Assembly (NCBI GenBank): GCA_002269645.1
Contig: NIVC01001843.1
Location: forward strand, 62,001 to 126,000
Length of the DNA: 64,000 nt
Origin: Macrostomum lignano
Lineage: Eukaryota
Reading direction: 5' to 3'
The notes beneath the pieces were generated by a model. It made no database searches, was not told where the DNA came from, and saw only the letters and a program-made list of their open reading frames with translations. The position numbers and the translations under genes are program-made. Numbering within the stretch: position 1 is the first letter of the stretch; each line of letters begins with the position of its first letter. Shown piece after piece: positions 1 through 22,754 of this stretch.

Positions 1-3000
1 ACAAAAGAAAAGGCAGTACTTTGAGGTACTAATACATTAAAAATATAATAGATTATTTGGTCACCAATGCTTTTATCTGATGATGCAAGTACTATACTTT
101 TATCTATAGTTTGTTTCAACCTTCAAAAGCTTTCTATTTGTTTTTAAAAGGTACAAAATCTTAATGATGTCTTTTGCTTCAAAAAATGTCAAAAATTTTA
201 CAAAAATGACTTTTTGCCAATTGATAACATACTAATCCAACATTTTACCTTTCCTTTATTCTTAGATTGTATATATTGCACATAAAAAACATTTGGTAAA
301 AAAATAGGCTAATAAGGCAATGGCAAGCAAAAATATTGACTTTTTTCTGTTTTCCAAACATGTCCATCTTATATGGAATGAGCCATTGGTTTTCTTCTCT
401 TTCATATTCATAAATATCTAATATTACTTCATACTTGAAAGCTAGATGATAGTACAAAGTGGCAACATAGTAGCCAGATAAATTCTCTTAATACAAACAG
501 AAAAAAAACTATTTTCACTTGAAGATGCTTTTTTATACAGCTAATAGCAAGCCCTATCTCACAAATTAACTTATTTCCTGAGGCCAGTTTCTCTAATGAC
601 AGGCTATTTTGCTGCTTCCAAGTTTAAGTTGGAATTTCTCCTTGGATTTTTCTTTATATGTAGCAAAACCAAATAGTTGGCAATGTAAATGAGGTTTTAT
701 ATACAGAAACAAAAAAAAACGAAATTTCAACATCATAGCTATATATAGAATAAAGGCAAATACAATACATATTGATTTTATAAAAACTTTTGGTAAATGC
801 TATATAGCTATTGATTAGCATGGTATTGTTGAAAAAATATTTGTCTTGAGTATATACACATTTAACATTATTTATATTTTAAGCTAAGTGTGGTATCATT
901 TACTTAATGCTTATACTTACTAATACTAATACAGTGTACAAGCAAAAAGCATAGGATAGTCTATATAAATACACAACCTTGAGAATCACTTAGTCATTTC
1001 TATTGGCAACATATATATAAATATATATATATATAAATAAGTTGCTAATGGCTAAAAGTAGTCATATAACTACTATTTTATCCATGCAACAATTGACAAC
1101 TAGGCTTAAAAAGTCTTTATTAAAGAGCTACTCAATAATATACAAAGCAATTTAAATTGAATAATTATGTATATTTAATAAATGTTTTATAAGATAGTAT
1201 TTCATTCTTAATCTTGATTCTTAAGAAGATTGGAAAATTGCATTCTATTTTATATTTTAAATTCATGTAACTTTGCCTAGGAAGAGCCTAGTTAGGGCTT
1301 TAAATCTATATATTAACCTATTACCTAAATGTTGCTATATTACCTATGTTATTAGATAGGCCTCTAGCTCAATTGCTTCATTAAATGTTAAGGCTTAATT
1401 GTTGGTTTTAAAATTGTTCTAAAAGTTTTCTAATTCTAATACCAATGGTAATGCTAATAGCTTATTTCTAATAGCCAAATTTCTGAAAAGTTTTTTCATA
1501 ATGTTTTCATAATAGTTTGAAAACTTATTTTTATGGCAATGTGACATTTTGGCTACTGTCTTTAGCTTCATCATCTTTTCTGTTATTATCAGTTGTACTG
1601 CTTATCAGTGTCCATTGTCACTGACTTTGTTGCCATTGCTAGGCAAAAGAGAAAGCTATATTTCTTTTAAGTAGTTTTGTTGAGACCACTTTGGAGTCTT
1701 GGTCTGGCCATCACCCAAAGTGCTATGTGCAGACATTTATAATTAAAATTATGCCTTTTGTATGCCATTTTAGGGGATAAATATTGCTGCTTCATTTTAT
1801 ATATGGCTTGAAACACTGGTTGATGCAGTAACAGTGGGATTGAACAAAACAATTTAGTCTTACTTGAGCTCTTGGTTGACAAAGCAATTGCAACTTTATG
1901 CATCTAAACCATATATTTATAGGGGATTTTAGTAAAATGCTGATTGCTCTTAGTCATCCTTTGAAAAATGCATATGCTTTACAAAGGCAGAAATGGAAGC
2001 TATAAGGCATGTACTTTTCTTAGAGCACTAAACTAAAAGGGTTCATTTGGAATATCCAACTCGAGATTTTGGCATAGTCAAAAAGTGTCACAAAAGGTGA
2101 CTCATTAGAAATGTTTTGACTGGCAAGATTAAAACTAAGGCATACCAACTTGGTTTATGCAATGGACAATTCTTTATCCAAAGGCAAAGAATTTTATTGT
2201 CTTATATTACTTCTCCAATAGCTTTTTTATAAGTTTACAAAATCCCTATAAACATGTTTATACTGACTGGTCTTTGTCTATGATCAAAAAACACAAAGCA
2301 TAAGTTTCCAAGCATTAATTGCAGATTTTACCGTTGGAGCTAAGATAATTTGTCCAAAGGCAATCAGAAAAGTTTGTCAAACGTTATTTCTTGATGCCAA
2401 TTGTTCAAGCAACTCTTTTATTGAAGTGTAACATAAAAATATCATAGGCATAGGAGAAGAACCTGTGTCTTTAAAACTGAATCCTTAACTGAAACTGATA
2501 TCCTCTTATATTCATCAAAGCAGCAAAGTGAAGAATGGTATGAATGAAAAACCAACTATATGTACTAACATGTAGTTGTATAGTCCTTTATTGCCAGTTT
2601 CCCAGATCCCATATTCTTGAAGATATACAAAATTTAAAAGAATGTTGTTAATCCAATGAGCAACATTTTGTCTGCAGATGGCTTCAGTGAGTAGTACAAC
2701 AATGTTGCTTCCTTTATAGAAAATTATTGCATTACAAAGTAGGATATTAGATAGAAAAATGGAAGATTGCTAAAAAAACTAAGGCTTAAACTAATACCAA
2801 ATGGTATACAAGTATGCCAAATAAATGTGCATTGATTTATACCAAGGCTATAGTCAAGGCATTGCCATAGAAAATTCTAATGCACATATAGAAATGTCTC
2901 TAATACACTTGATGTATAATTATAAATCATAGCATACATTGATATCCCTATTGCATGTAATGCAAAATGTTTTTGGTTTTAAAATTAGAATTAAAACACA

Positions 3001-3382
3001 AATTAACACACTACAAGTGTGCAATCTGTTAACAAGATGCACTATCAAAACAAGACACTGATCAAGGCATATCAAGCATCAGCACCTAAGTCCATTTAGA
3101 CTTTCTTGGTTAATGTCCATACTGGGGAGCTGAAGCTACTAAGATTGCATAGACAAGCCCTGACAAACCGACAAGGGCACATGCACTACACATTAATACA
3201 TTGATGCAGAGATTATAGAGAAACAATGCATCAAGTCTATAGCTCATAATCACTGACTCATGTTGGTTGATAAAGTGGAAGCCAATAGCTGTGTACTGCT
3301 CATATTAGCAGAATTGTTGCATAAATAAATCAAATCAATTAGTTTACCGAGGTGTTTCAATTCTGCTTATGTGTCACAAATT

Positions 3383-4850
3383 ATGGCACTGTGCATCAGC
3401 AATGCTCTAAAACTATCAGTTCGTCCATCTCTGTTGGCACTGTGCCAACAGCAATCTGCTCGATGCTTATCTAATAAACAAGACGAGTTAATCCTAGATT
3501 TCAATCGTTGCCCAGGCGTTTGCGTAGCTTTACTAAACCGACCACAGGCTAAGAATGCTCTGAGCAAGTCGCTTATTGGAGCTTTAGAATCGGCGTTTGC
3601 CGCTGTCCGAAGTCAGCGCGCCCTACGCGCTCTGGTGTTTGGCAGCGCCGTGCCTGGCGTGTTCTGCGCTGGTGCCGATTTGAAAGAGCGAGCCACAATG
3701 CCCGAATCTGACGTTGGCCCGTTTGTTGCTAAGGCTAGGGACCTTTTACAGGTGAGTCGGTAGAGATAGGAATTGGAGTCAATTGAAACTAATGATGGAA
3801 GCTAGTGGTTGAGGCTAAGGATGGAAGCTAGTGGTTAAGTCTAATGATGGAAGCTAATGATTCATGATAAGGGTAGAAGCTACTTATTGAGGCTAATGAT
3901 GGAAGCTAGTGGTTGAGGCTAAGGATGGAAGCTAGTGGTTAAGGCTAATGATGGAAGCTAATGATTCATGATAAGGGTGGAAGCTACGAGTACTAGGGAG
4001 CCAGTGAGTGATATGCTATAGAGAGAAAAGCAGTTATAAGCAAGCAAAAATCAGCAGACTTCCGAAATCCTGTTCCCCGTCAGGAGTTGGCCGAACTTCC
4101 ACTTCCCACTGTCGCCGCCATAGACGGCGCGGCGCTTGGCGGCGGCCTGGAACTGGCGCTGGCATGCGATCTTCGCGTTGCTAGCGACGACGCTCGACTA
4201 GGCTTGGTTGAGACCAGGCTGGCTATAATTCCTGGTGCCGGAGGTACCCAGCGATTGCCCAGAGTATTGGGACCCAGCCTAGCTAAGGAGCTTATCTATA
4301 CCGCTAGGGTGAGTTCAGTTTGAATCGATTGGAGTCGATCTACCGATATGTAAATTAAATATAAAGTTGAAGCTAACTACCTAAATGTATCGTATGTAAT
4401 TTAATATCAAGTTGAAGTTAGCTACCGATATATAGCGTAAATTGGTTTAGAATGCCAAACCAATTCAACTTATCTATTTAAAAATATAATAATATGGATA
4501 CCGATATGTATCAAAAAGAGAATAATTTTATTTTTCGTTTCCAGGTACTAACCGGCGCTGAGGCGCAAACCCTTGGCCTAGTGAGCCGGTCGGTGCCCCA
4601 GCAACAAGGCGCCAACGGATTCGCCGCGCTGGCCTCGGCCATAGAGCTGGCCAGCGAGATCGCCAAGAATGGCCCTGTGGCGCTGTCTATGGCTAAAAAG
4701 GCCATCGACAATGGAATGTCTGCCGGCAGTATGCGAGCCGCTTTAGACGTTGAGGCGAATTGCTACGCCAGAGTGATACCGACTAAGGATAGGCTTGAAG
4801 GCCTTCGGGCTTTTAAGGAGAAGAGGACCCCAGTCTATACTGGAGAGTAG
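3383..4850 (+). CDS. AUH: Methylglutaconyl-CoA hydratase, mitochondrial (enoyl-CoA hydratase/crotonase family), 3 exons, about 299 aa
   Basis: Exons 3383-3751, 4084-4308 and 4545-4850 join in frame through GT-AG introns. Motifs [55 protein letters not shown] and C-terminal [20 protein letters not shown] match AUH. The N-terminus is Ser/Arg/Leu-rich, like a mitochondrial presequence. Confidence 0.93.
3791..3990. repeat. Intronic minisatellite, about 26-bp unit (gatggaagctagtggttgaggctaag)
   Basis: Tandem degenerate copies inside AUH intron 1. Confidence 0.8.
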
Positions 4851-4855
4851 ATTTT

Positions 4856-4861
4856 AATAAA
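4856..4861 (+). terminator. Polyadenylation signal (AATAAA) of AUH
   Basis: AATAAA begins 6 nt after the TAG at 4850. Confidence 0.6.
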
Positions 4862-5066
4862 GCGGTTTTTAACAAAGCGATTATTAATTCAATAATGCGT
4901 TATGTTATGGCTTTAATGTATGTTAGTGTATAACATATTTTTTTGCAATTCCAAAATATATTAAACAAATCGTGTAAAAGAGACTTACTTTTGTATGAAG
5001 TTTTTGACTGTACTGTGTTTTTTCATTTCCCTTTTTTAGGCTCTTAAAGTGTATTTGTTAGGAATC

Positions 5067-6301
5067 GTCCGTCTAGACCTCATAGACACTGAATAACTGT
5101 CCATCTAGACCCCATAGACACTGAACAACTGTTTATCTAGACCCCATGGACACTGAATAACTGTCCATCTAGACCTCATTGACACTGAATAACTGTCCAT
5201 CTAGACCCCATAGACACTGAATAACTGTCTATCTAGGCCCCATGGACACTTAATAACTGTCCATCTAGACCTCATGGACACTTAATAACTGTCCATCTAG
5301 ACCTCATTGACACTGAATAACTGTCCATCTAGACCCCATAGACACTGAATAACTGTCCATCTAGACCTCATTGACACTGAATAACTGTCCATCTAGACCC
5401 CATAGACACTGAATAACTGTCTATCTAGGCCCCATGGACACTTAATAACTGTCCATCTAGACCTCATGGACACTTAATAACTGTCCATCTAGACCCCATA
5501 GACACTGAATAACTGTCCATCTAGACCCATGGACACTGGATAACTGTCCATCTAGACCTCATTGACACTGAATAACTGTCCATCTAGACCCATAGACACT
5601 GAATAACTGTCTATCTAGGCCCCATGGACACTTAATAACTGTCCATCTAGACCTCATGGACACTTAATAACTGTCCATCTAGACCCCATAGACACTGAAT
5701 AACTGTCCATCTAGACCCCATGGACACTGGATAACTGTCCATCTAAACCCCATAGACACTGAATAACTGTCCATCTAGACCCCATAGACACTGAATAACT
5801 GTCCATCTAGACCCAATGGACACTGAATAACTGTCCATCTAGACCCATGGACACTGAATAACTGTCCAACTAGACCCAATGGACACTAAATAACTGTCCA
5901 TCTAGACCCAATGGACACTAAATAACTGTCCATCTAGACCCAATGGACACTGAATAACTGTCCATCTAGACCCAATGGACACTGGATAACTGTCCATCTG
6001 GACCCCATGGACACTGAATAACTGTCTATCTAGACCCATGGACACTGAATAACTGTCCATCTAGACCCAATGGACACTAAATAACTGTCCATCTAGACCC
6101 AATGGACACTAAATAACTGTCCATCCAAACCCAATGGACACTGAATAACTGTCCATCTAGACCCAATGGACACTGAATAACTGTCCATCTAGACCCAATG
6201 GACACTTAATAACTGTCCATCTAGACCCAATGGACACTAAATAACTGTCCATCTAAACCCAATGGACACTAAATAACTGTCCATCTAGACCCAATGGACA
6301 C
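5067..6301. repeat. 32-bp minisatellite (ctagaccccatagacactgaataactgtccat), about 38 copies
   Basis: 32-bp periodicity read directly (ctagac at 5105 and 5137). Fills most of the AUH-XPR1 intergenic region. Confidence 0.95.
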
Positions 6302-6689
6302 AAAATTTACAGTGCAGAATTGCGGTTGAACATCTGAAAAGCATATGTGATCCAGCTATGGATAGAAATTGCGATAAGACGATAAGATCTTTTAGCGTCC
6401 AATAGCTAAATAGCTAGCATTTATGATAGCTCGGGACGTGTACAGTATATCAGTGCGTATTTCTTGTCATTTTGGCGCTCAGTTATTTATCCATATGGGC
6501 ATATATGTCTGTAAACAATATCTATCGGCTGTCGTTTTATTTCAGTTTAGTTTGACAACGAAATATTATTTTAGAAAAGAACTTTTTAAACTTTCCACAG
6601 CCAGATTAAAAGAGAAAAAGCAATTCTCTTCATCGATGGTACAGTCTGTGCTTGGCCGCTTGTCAACGCTAGGAATTTAACTGAATGCA

Positions 6690-17005
<10,316 letters not shown>

Positions 17006-17177
17006 TCCCTAATGTGTGTGTGGAATCAACCCTAACTATAATCATATTTTTATGCACAATGCACCTGTCTGATGTATTTTAGTGACTAAAAACTAAATAA
17101 TATCAGCTATTATATCTCAGCGTTTCACAGGCATGTTTTTTGTGTTTGCTTTTACTATTAATAACTTGAATTAAGTA

Positions 17178-17183
17178 AATAAA
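17178..17183 (+). terminator. Candidate polyadenylation signal of XPR1
   Basis: First AATAAA after the stop at 17005. Confidence 0.45.
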
Positions 17184-18133
17184 ATTCGATCAAATTTGTA
17201 ATTCTACTCAGGTTTTGTATCTTCTAATTGCATGCAACTGCTACTACTGCTGGCTAATGTTCTCGGAAAGTAGTATTTGGTTAATTTATATCAGTTCTAT
17301 TTTTATTTGTTATACGCTTTCATGCTACTTTACAGAACAAAAGCGATAGTAGTAAAGTAAACATGTTCGCGTCGGGAGTGTACACTTGTAGGTGCTCTAT
17401 CAAGTGATAAAAATCGTATTTTGTTGAATTACGTAAGCACTAGGCTTGAATATTAACTACCAATTGATTATGTTCATTAAGAATTATTTATCACTTTTGA
17501 GTCGCCATGTGAGAAGTTTTTTTTTCGAAACCGCCTTTATCTATTGATTTTTTAATCGATGTTGTGCTGTTTAATTAATTTTACCTATCGATTTTGATTA
17601 ATCAGTTGCATCAGTCGGTGTCTGTCTAATAATTGTTGCACAACCGAATTTGTCTTCAAATTAAAACTTTTCGCTTTTTGAGTTTTGAAAATCCAAGTCA
17701 GCAAAACGCAAACACAACTTTCCAGTCACTTTTCAGCAGTGGAGTTTGGAGCTTTTATTTCTGCTGTCTGTAATTTCGCTTCTCTTATGCTTTAAAAAGT
17801 GCGCTGCGTTTTTTAAATGACTTTGGCTTGGCTTGGCTTGGCTTGTTTTTTGTTTGTGCTCTGAGGGCTTGATGTACATGGGGCTGTGTATGTACATTCT
17901 CTGTTAATCCCGGGCATTTAAGCAATAAAATTTCAACCCCCCCCCCCTATTCTTCGTGGTAATTCCTTCCCCCCTATTAGCCAAACAGACCTCTTATCTT
18001 GCGCCTTTCCACACACTAGGGGGGGGGACGAGATTTTTTAGAATGTACATTGCCTTGCCTGAATGTACGTTGGTTTGTCCGCCGCCTTATCTATCTCTTT
18101 CTACCCCCAATCCCAGGTTGCGGATGGTATGCA

Positions 18134-18670
18134 TGTACGCCGGAACTTTTCCGGCGTACAAAACGGCCACCCTCAGTCCTTGGCGTACACAATCGGCGTA
18201 CACAACCCCTGGCGCACTTTGTTGGCGTACACTATTGGTGTACACAAGTAACACAGCCACGCATACTTTTTTGGCGTACAAATTTTGGTGAATCAATTCA
18301 CGCCGTGCATGAAAATTGTAATGTAAATTAATGTTTTTACGTAAAGTAAAGGAAAATATATATCGTCAGTGATAAACTTTTTGCTTATTTTAAGTTAAAA
18401 AAAATAAAATTAGTGTAAAATTTTGCTGAAAGTATTAACTTTGCATGATATTTTTTGTAGGTGTTGTTTAAGTTTGTTTAAACTGACAATATTCGTAATA
18501 TTTTAAAGACACTTTTCATACGAAAGCCTTTCCTAGAAAACTCTACTCGTGAAAACCGAATGACCCTTTTTTTAGGAATTTTTGGTGTACATTTTAGTGC
18601 AACTTTTTGTTTTTGGCGTACACTGGCGTACAAAGTCCTTGACGCCCGAATTTTTTCCGGCGTACACGGG
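18134..18670. mobile_element. Probable non-autonomous element: 11-bp-stem hairpin plus clustered GGCGTACA repeats
   Basis: Hairpin tgtacgccgga-acttt-tccggcgtaca at 18134-18160. Eight exact GGCGTACA copies fall in two clusters around an AT-rich core. Confidence 0.4.
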
Positions 18671-19574
18671 TACATGGTCCGCACACTGGCCCCAATCCGC
18701 TTTAATTCCACCAACACAGTCAACCAGCGCCTTACTACGCCAAGCCAATGTATAAAAAAACCCGTACGCATCCAACACTTAATCAGTAATAATTATACTA
18801 TTTAACCGCAACTTTGCAAAGAACCAAGCTAGCGCTCTTATAAGTACACTTAAATTCAATAGATTTACTGGCCTGCTTTCTCCGCAATCAGCTTTCCCCA
18901 ACTCCCTGCAACTGTGTTCTTTTAGCTTGCCTGCTTTGCTTTTGTTTTCAGTATGTATGTAGCTTTTAGCTTAAATATAGGAATTCTCCTCGGTTTTTCA
19001 GTACACAGTTGTATAATCAATTGGATGCAGATTACACTTTCAACGAGTCTGTTGCCTGACTATATATTTATTTTCCTGTTAATTCTCATTCTCATCATGA
19101 AAATCCCCTTTCGCACACAAAGTGAAGTTTTTCCTGTTTTCTTAAACATATACAATTAGTTCCGTTTTGCTTATTTATTATGCATATCAAATCACTCCGA
19201 CTCAGTTCGAGAAGAGTTCCAATACTTGATAGCTTTGTGTTTTTCGGCCGAATTTTTTTAGTTTTTTTTAATCGCGGATAAAAAAACAGAAAAACCGATT
19301 GTTGGCCTTCACTCCACATCGAGTGGCTGGCTTGCTGCACGAGAGCAGACATGTGTATTGCCCTGCTGAAGGCTTGGCTTGGAATAACAAAACGAATCGA
19401 ACTTGTTGCTTAAACATCAGGAACCTGACTTGGGGACCTTGGCGTTTCAATGTTATATTTTTTCACCGAAGATTTCACTATCCTCTATGTTAAATTTATT
19501 TAACCACCAAAACCAACATTCTCTACTGACAGTAGAGAATTAAGTATGTTGTTGCTGTTCTCAGACCGCAAAAA

Positions 19575-20183
19575 TCAGCACTTGTTAAGGCACTGCCGTC
19601 GGCAAGAATCGAGCTCGGCACCTTCCGACTTCTGGGCGCAGGCTTTCTTAGCGAAGCAGTCGGAGAATTTCTTGTAGGCCTCGGCGCCAACCAGCTGACT
19701 GAGCTGGCAGTTGGCGGTGCAGACGGCAGCGGGCAGGCCGCCGGGGCACTGCAACTGGCACACCAGCACGTTGTACTTCTGCAGCTGGCTGAGCTCCAGC
19801 TGCGCGCCTGCCGCCGTCTTCACTGCATCGCGTCGGCACCGGCGCATCTTGCGGATTCTCTTGGTGTCGCAGCCGGCCTTCTGCACCAGACTGTTGTAGG
19901 CCTCGCCTCTCTGCTGCGTGCCCAGCAGGAACCAGTGGAAGCAGTTGACTTTGCAGCTGATTCTCTGCTTCCTGTTGGTCATCGGTTTGCACTGGCCTTT
20001 GACGCACTGGCGCAGTGTTTTTATTGAGATCGTGAGCTGCGACCGGCAGCTGATATCCCGCCGGCTTCTCCAAATGTCGCGCAGGCGGAGAAATCTTCTC
20101 AGGCCTACTCTGGCAGTGACAGGGTCCACAAGCACTGTTGCGGCGGCTGCTACTAGGAGAAGAGCTGCGATGGTGATCCTCAT
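19575..20183 (-). CDS. Secreted, cationic, cysteine-rich protein (202 aa: signal peptide, furin-type RSRR site, 16 Cys), intronless
   Basis: ATG at 20183 opens the hydrophobic leader MRITIAALLLVAAAATVLVDPVTA. Codon usage is GC-rich against AT-rich flanks. TATAAA at 20259-20254 and AATAAA at 19500-19495, both on the minus strand. Confidence 0.8.
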   Translation of the reverse strand: MRITIAALLLVAAAATVLVDPVTARVGLRRFLRLRDIWRSRRDISCRSQLTISIKTLRQCVKGQCKPMTNRKQRISCKVNCFHWFLLGTQQRGEAYNSLVQKAGCDTKRIRKMRRCRRDAVKTAAGAQLELSQLQKYNVLVCQLQCPGGLPAAVCTANCQLSQLVGAEAYKKFSDCFAKKACAQKSEGAELDSCRRQCLNKC

Positions 20184-20253
20184 GGCTATGGTAGTCTGGT
20201 CGATTTGCAGAATAACAGTTAAAGCAAATTCTGACACAAGTTTTAGCATAGAA

Positions 20254-20259
20254 TTTATA
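20254..20259 (-). promoter_or_regulatory. Candidate TATA box of the Cys-rich gene
   Basis: TATAAA on the minus strand, about 70 nt upstream of the ATG. Confidence 0.4.
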
Positions 20260-21079
20260 GTCGAATTTGACTTTGCAATTAATTAATTTTACCGCCAGGT
20301 GTAAACTCTTCAGCGATCATAAAAATATTAATAGGAAATTTGATTTCTATCAGCTGGACATTGCAGAAGCAATCAGCTCGATTGGCACTTTCTTTGACTT
20401 GACTATCAATCTCGCCGTCTCCGATCGCCGCGAGTTCCCTCCATAGATTCCAAATTTGGAAATGGACACCGCAATAAAAATGCAGGCTAATTTCCTACTT
20501 GCATGCACTCTCACTGATTGCTTCCTCAATAGGCTGCAGCTGCGGCCCTTAAAACAGTATCAAGTTTTGTTCCACGGTTCAAGACTGAGACAGCCAGCAA
20601 AAAGTAGCGTAGCTCTGCATGGTTAGCAACGTATCTGAGATTGAATTTCGGCACCACAAAGAGGGCTTTTATTCGACAAAATGAAATTAAATCGGCTATA
20701 AAATGTGTATGTTTCGTATTATGCTACTTATTTTTAAACTGCTATAATTCAAGTAGTATATAGCCACTGAAATATCTCTCCGCAGAACACGTGTCGCAAT
20801 TATTAGTGTTAGTTATTAGGCTTAAATCAAGGGTATTTACATGTAATCCTTCAATCTAACTCAGAATTCTAGCCCATTACGAAGCCTCAAAATAATGATT
20901 AATACCAAATACTCAATTCTCATTAACGCCTGTCTGTCAAAATTGTATATGGCTCACACCTGCCCTAGCAACAGCCTCGGGCAACCGGCCTACGTCCAAG
21001 CCTAAACGTTGACTGCAATAATGTAGAAATGCACGTTTAACAAGCAGTTTGTGGGCTCTCACAGTTCTCAATTGAAATG

Positions 21080-21570
21080 GTGAGAAAGGAGAGCATGAGA
21101 TAGAAGATGGTGAGATAGGAAAGGGTGAGAGAGGAGAGGGTGAGATAGGAAAGGGTGAGAGAGGAGAGGGTGAGATAGGAAAGGGTGAGAGAGGAGAGGG
21201 TGAGATAGGAAAGGGTGAGAGGGAGAGGGTGAGATAGGAAAGGGTGAGAGAGGAGAGGGTGAGATAGGAAAGGGTGAGAGAGGAGAGGGTGAGATAGGAA
21301 AGGGTGAGAGAGGAAAGGGTGAGATAGGAGGATAAGACAGGTGAGGGTGAATAGGCGACAATGAAATAGAGGGTGAGATAAAAATGAGGTAGGAGGGGAC
21401 GTGTGATAGGAGAGTATGAGATAGAAGAGGATGAGATAGGAGAGAGTGGATAAGAAAGGGTGAGATAGGAGGTTGAGATAAGAGAGGGTGAGATAGAAGT
21501 GGGTGAGATAGGAGATAGCGAGATATGAGATGGTGAGATGGGAAATAGGAAGGACATAGGAACGTAGACA
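21080..21570. repeat. Purine-rich minisatellite (gggtgagataggaaagggtgagagaggaga), about 30-bp unit
   Basis: Tandem GA-rich units. Confidence 0.9.
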
Positions 21571-22419
21571 GGGTGAGAAAATGAAGGGACACGCCCAGTA
21601 AGAGTAAAATAATCAAACACAATTACAATCCAAGTGTGTTACTGCAGGCGCACAACTTATATCAGTAATTATAATTATTATAACAAAGCAGATCCGATGG
21701 CCTTTTATTTAACCCGAATAAAAAACACACAGACAAGCGGGGTGACAAACAGGAAAAGGGCCATGGGGGTTTGGGTCATAAAAGAACACATAAAAAGGGG
21801 TGTGCAATTGTAAGCAAACCAGACAACAGTGAAACAGGTTATTCAAATTAATTTCAATGCTTCTTTCGCATGTTTAAATTTCAGCAATATGTTAATAAAT
21901 GATGTTTGTTGCTAACACATTCTGTTGTTAATTAATTAATTTCAGAATCTCAATTATACCAATATTTAATATGCAAACAAACTTAATCAAGAAATTACAC
22001 ACATTGGACACTTACTAATATTATAATAGTGGTAATATTGGTGCTTCTTAAATCAGAACCATTTTTATGTAGTGATTTATAAGTAGTATTATGATTAATA
22101 ATTATTAATCATTAATATTACAAATACTTACTATTAGTAAGCACACAGCGTATGAAATTAAGAGAACAACAAAAAAGCACAAAAAGGTTCAAGCGGCAGT
22201 GGAACACACACGCGACAATGCCATCGAGAGTAGATCATGTTATAAAGGATTATGAATTTGTAAGTCATAAAACTGCAAATTAGATTAACAAAAATATATA
22301 GAGCAACAGGTGCGGCCACCACATTAACTGAGACAATTATAATTTTGACAATGTTAGTCTGAGTTTTATGTTTTCGGCTTTTGTGTTGATTGAACATTGA
22401 GTGTGGCGGGATCGCTGAC

Positions 22420-22730
22420 GGGTAATGAGATGTATAGAGATAGAGGGTGCGATAGGAGAGTGTGAGATAGGAGGATGAGATGGGAGAGGATGAAATAGGG
22501 TGAGATTGGAGAGGGTGAGATAGATTATGAGATAGGACAGGGTGAGATTAGAAGATGGTGAGATTAGGAGAGGGTGAGATAGAAGAGGGTGAGATAAGAG
22601 GATAAGATAGGAGATGATGAAATAGGAGATGATGAGATAAAACAGGATGAGACAGGAGAGGATGAGACAGGAGAGGATGAGATAGAACAGGATGAGACAG
22701 GACAGGGTGAGATAGGAGATCTCGGGGGCA
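22420..22730. repeat. Purine-rich degenerate repeat immediately 3' of the UBR5 stop codon
   Basis: gatgagataggag-type units. Confidence 0.85.
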
Positions 22731-22754
22731 GTCAAACAGTCAGTGAGTTTGGTC

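Noticed and set aside
1500-2990. Apparent decayed long ORF on the + strand
   Set aside because: About 27 stops in about 490 codons, close to the random expectation for this AT content, and no recognisable motif.
5067-6301. 32-bp array as a possible CRISPR
   Set aside because: Head-to-tail tandem units with no spacers.
19648-20286. Alternative-frame and antisense ORFs over the Cys-rich gene
   Set aside because: Shadows of GC-rich codons; only the signal-peptide frame has coherent features.
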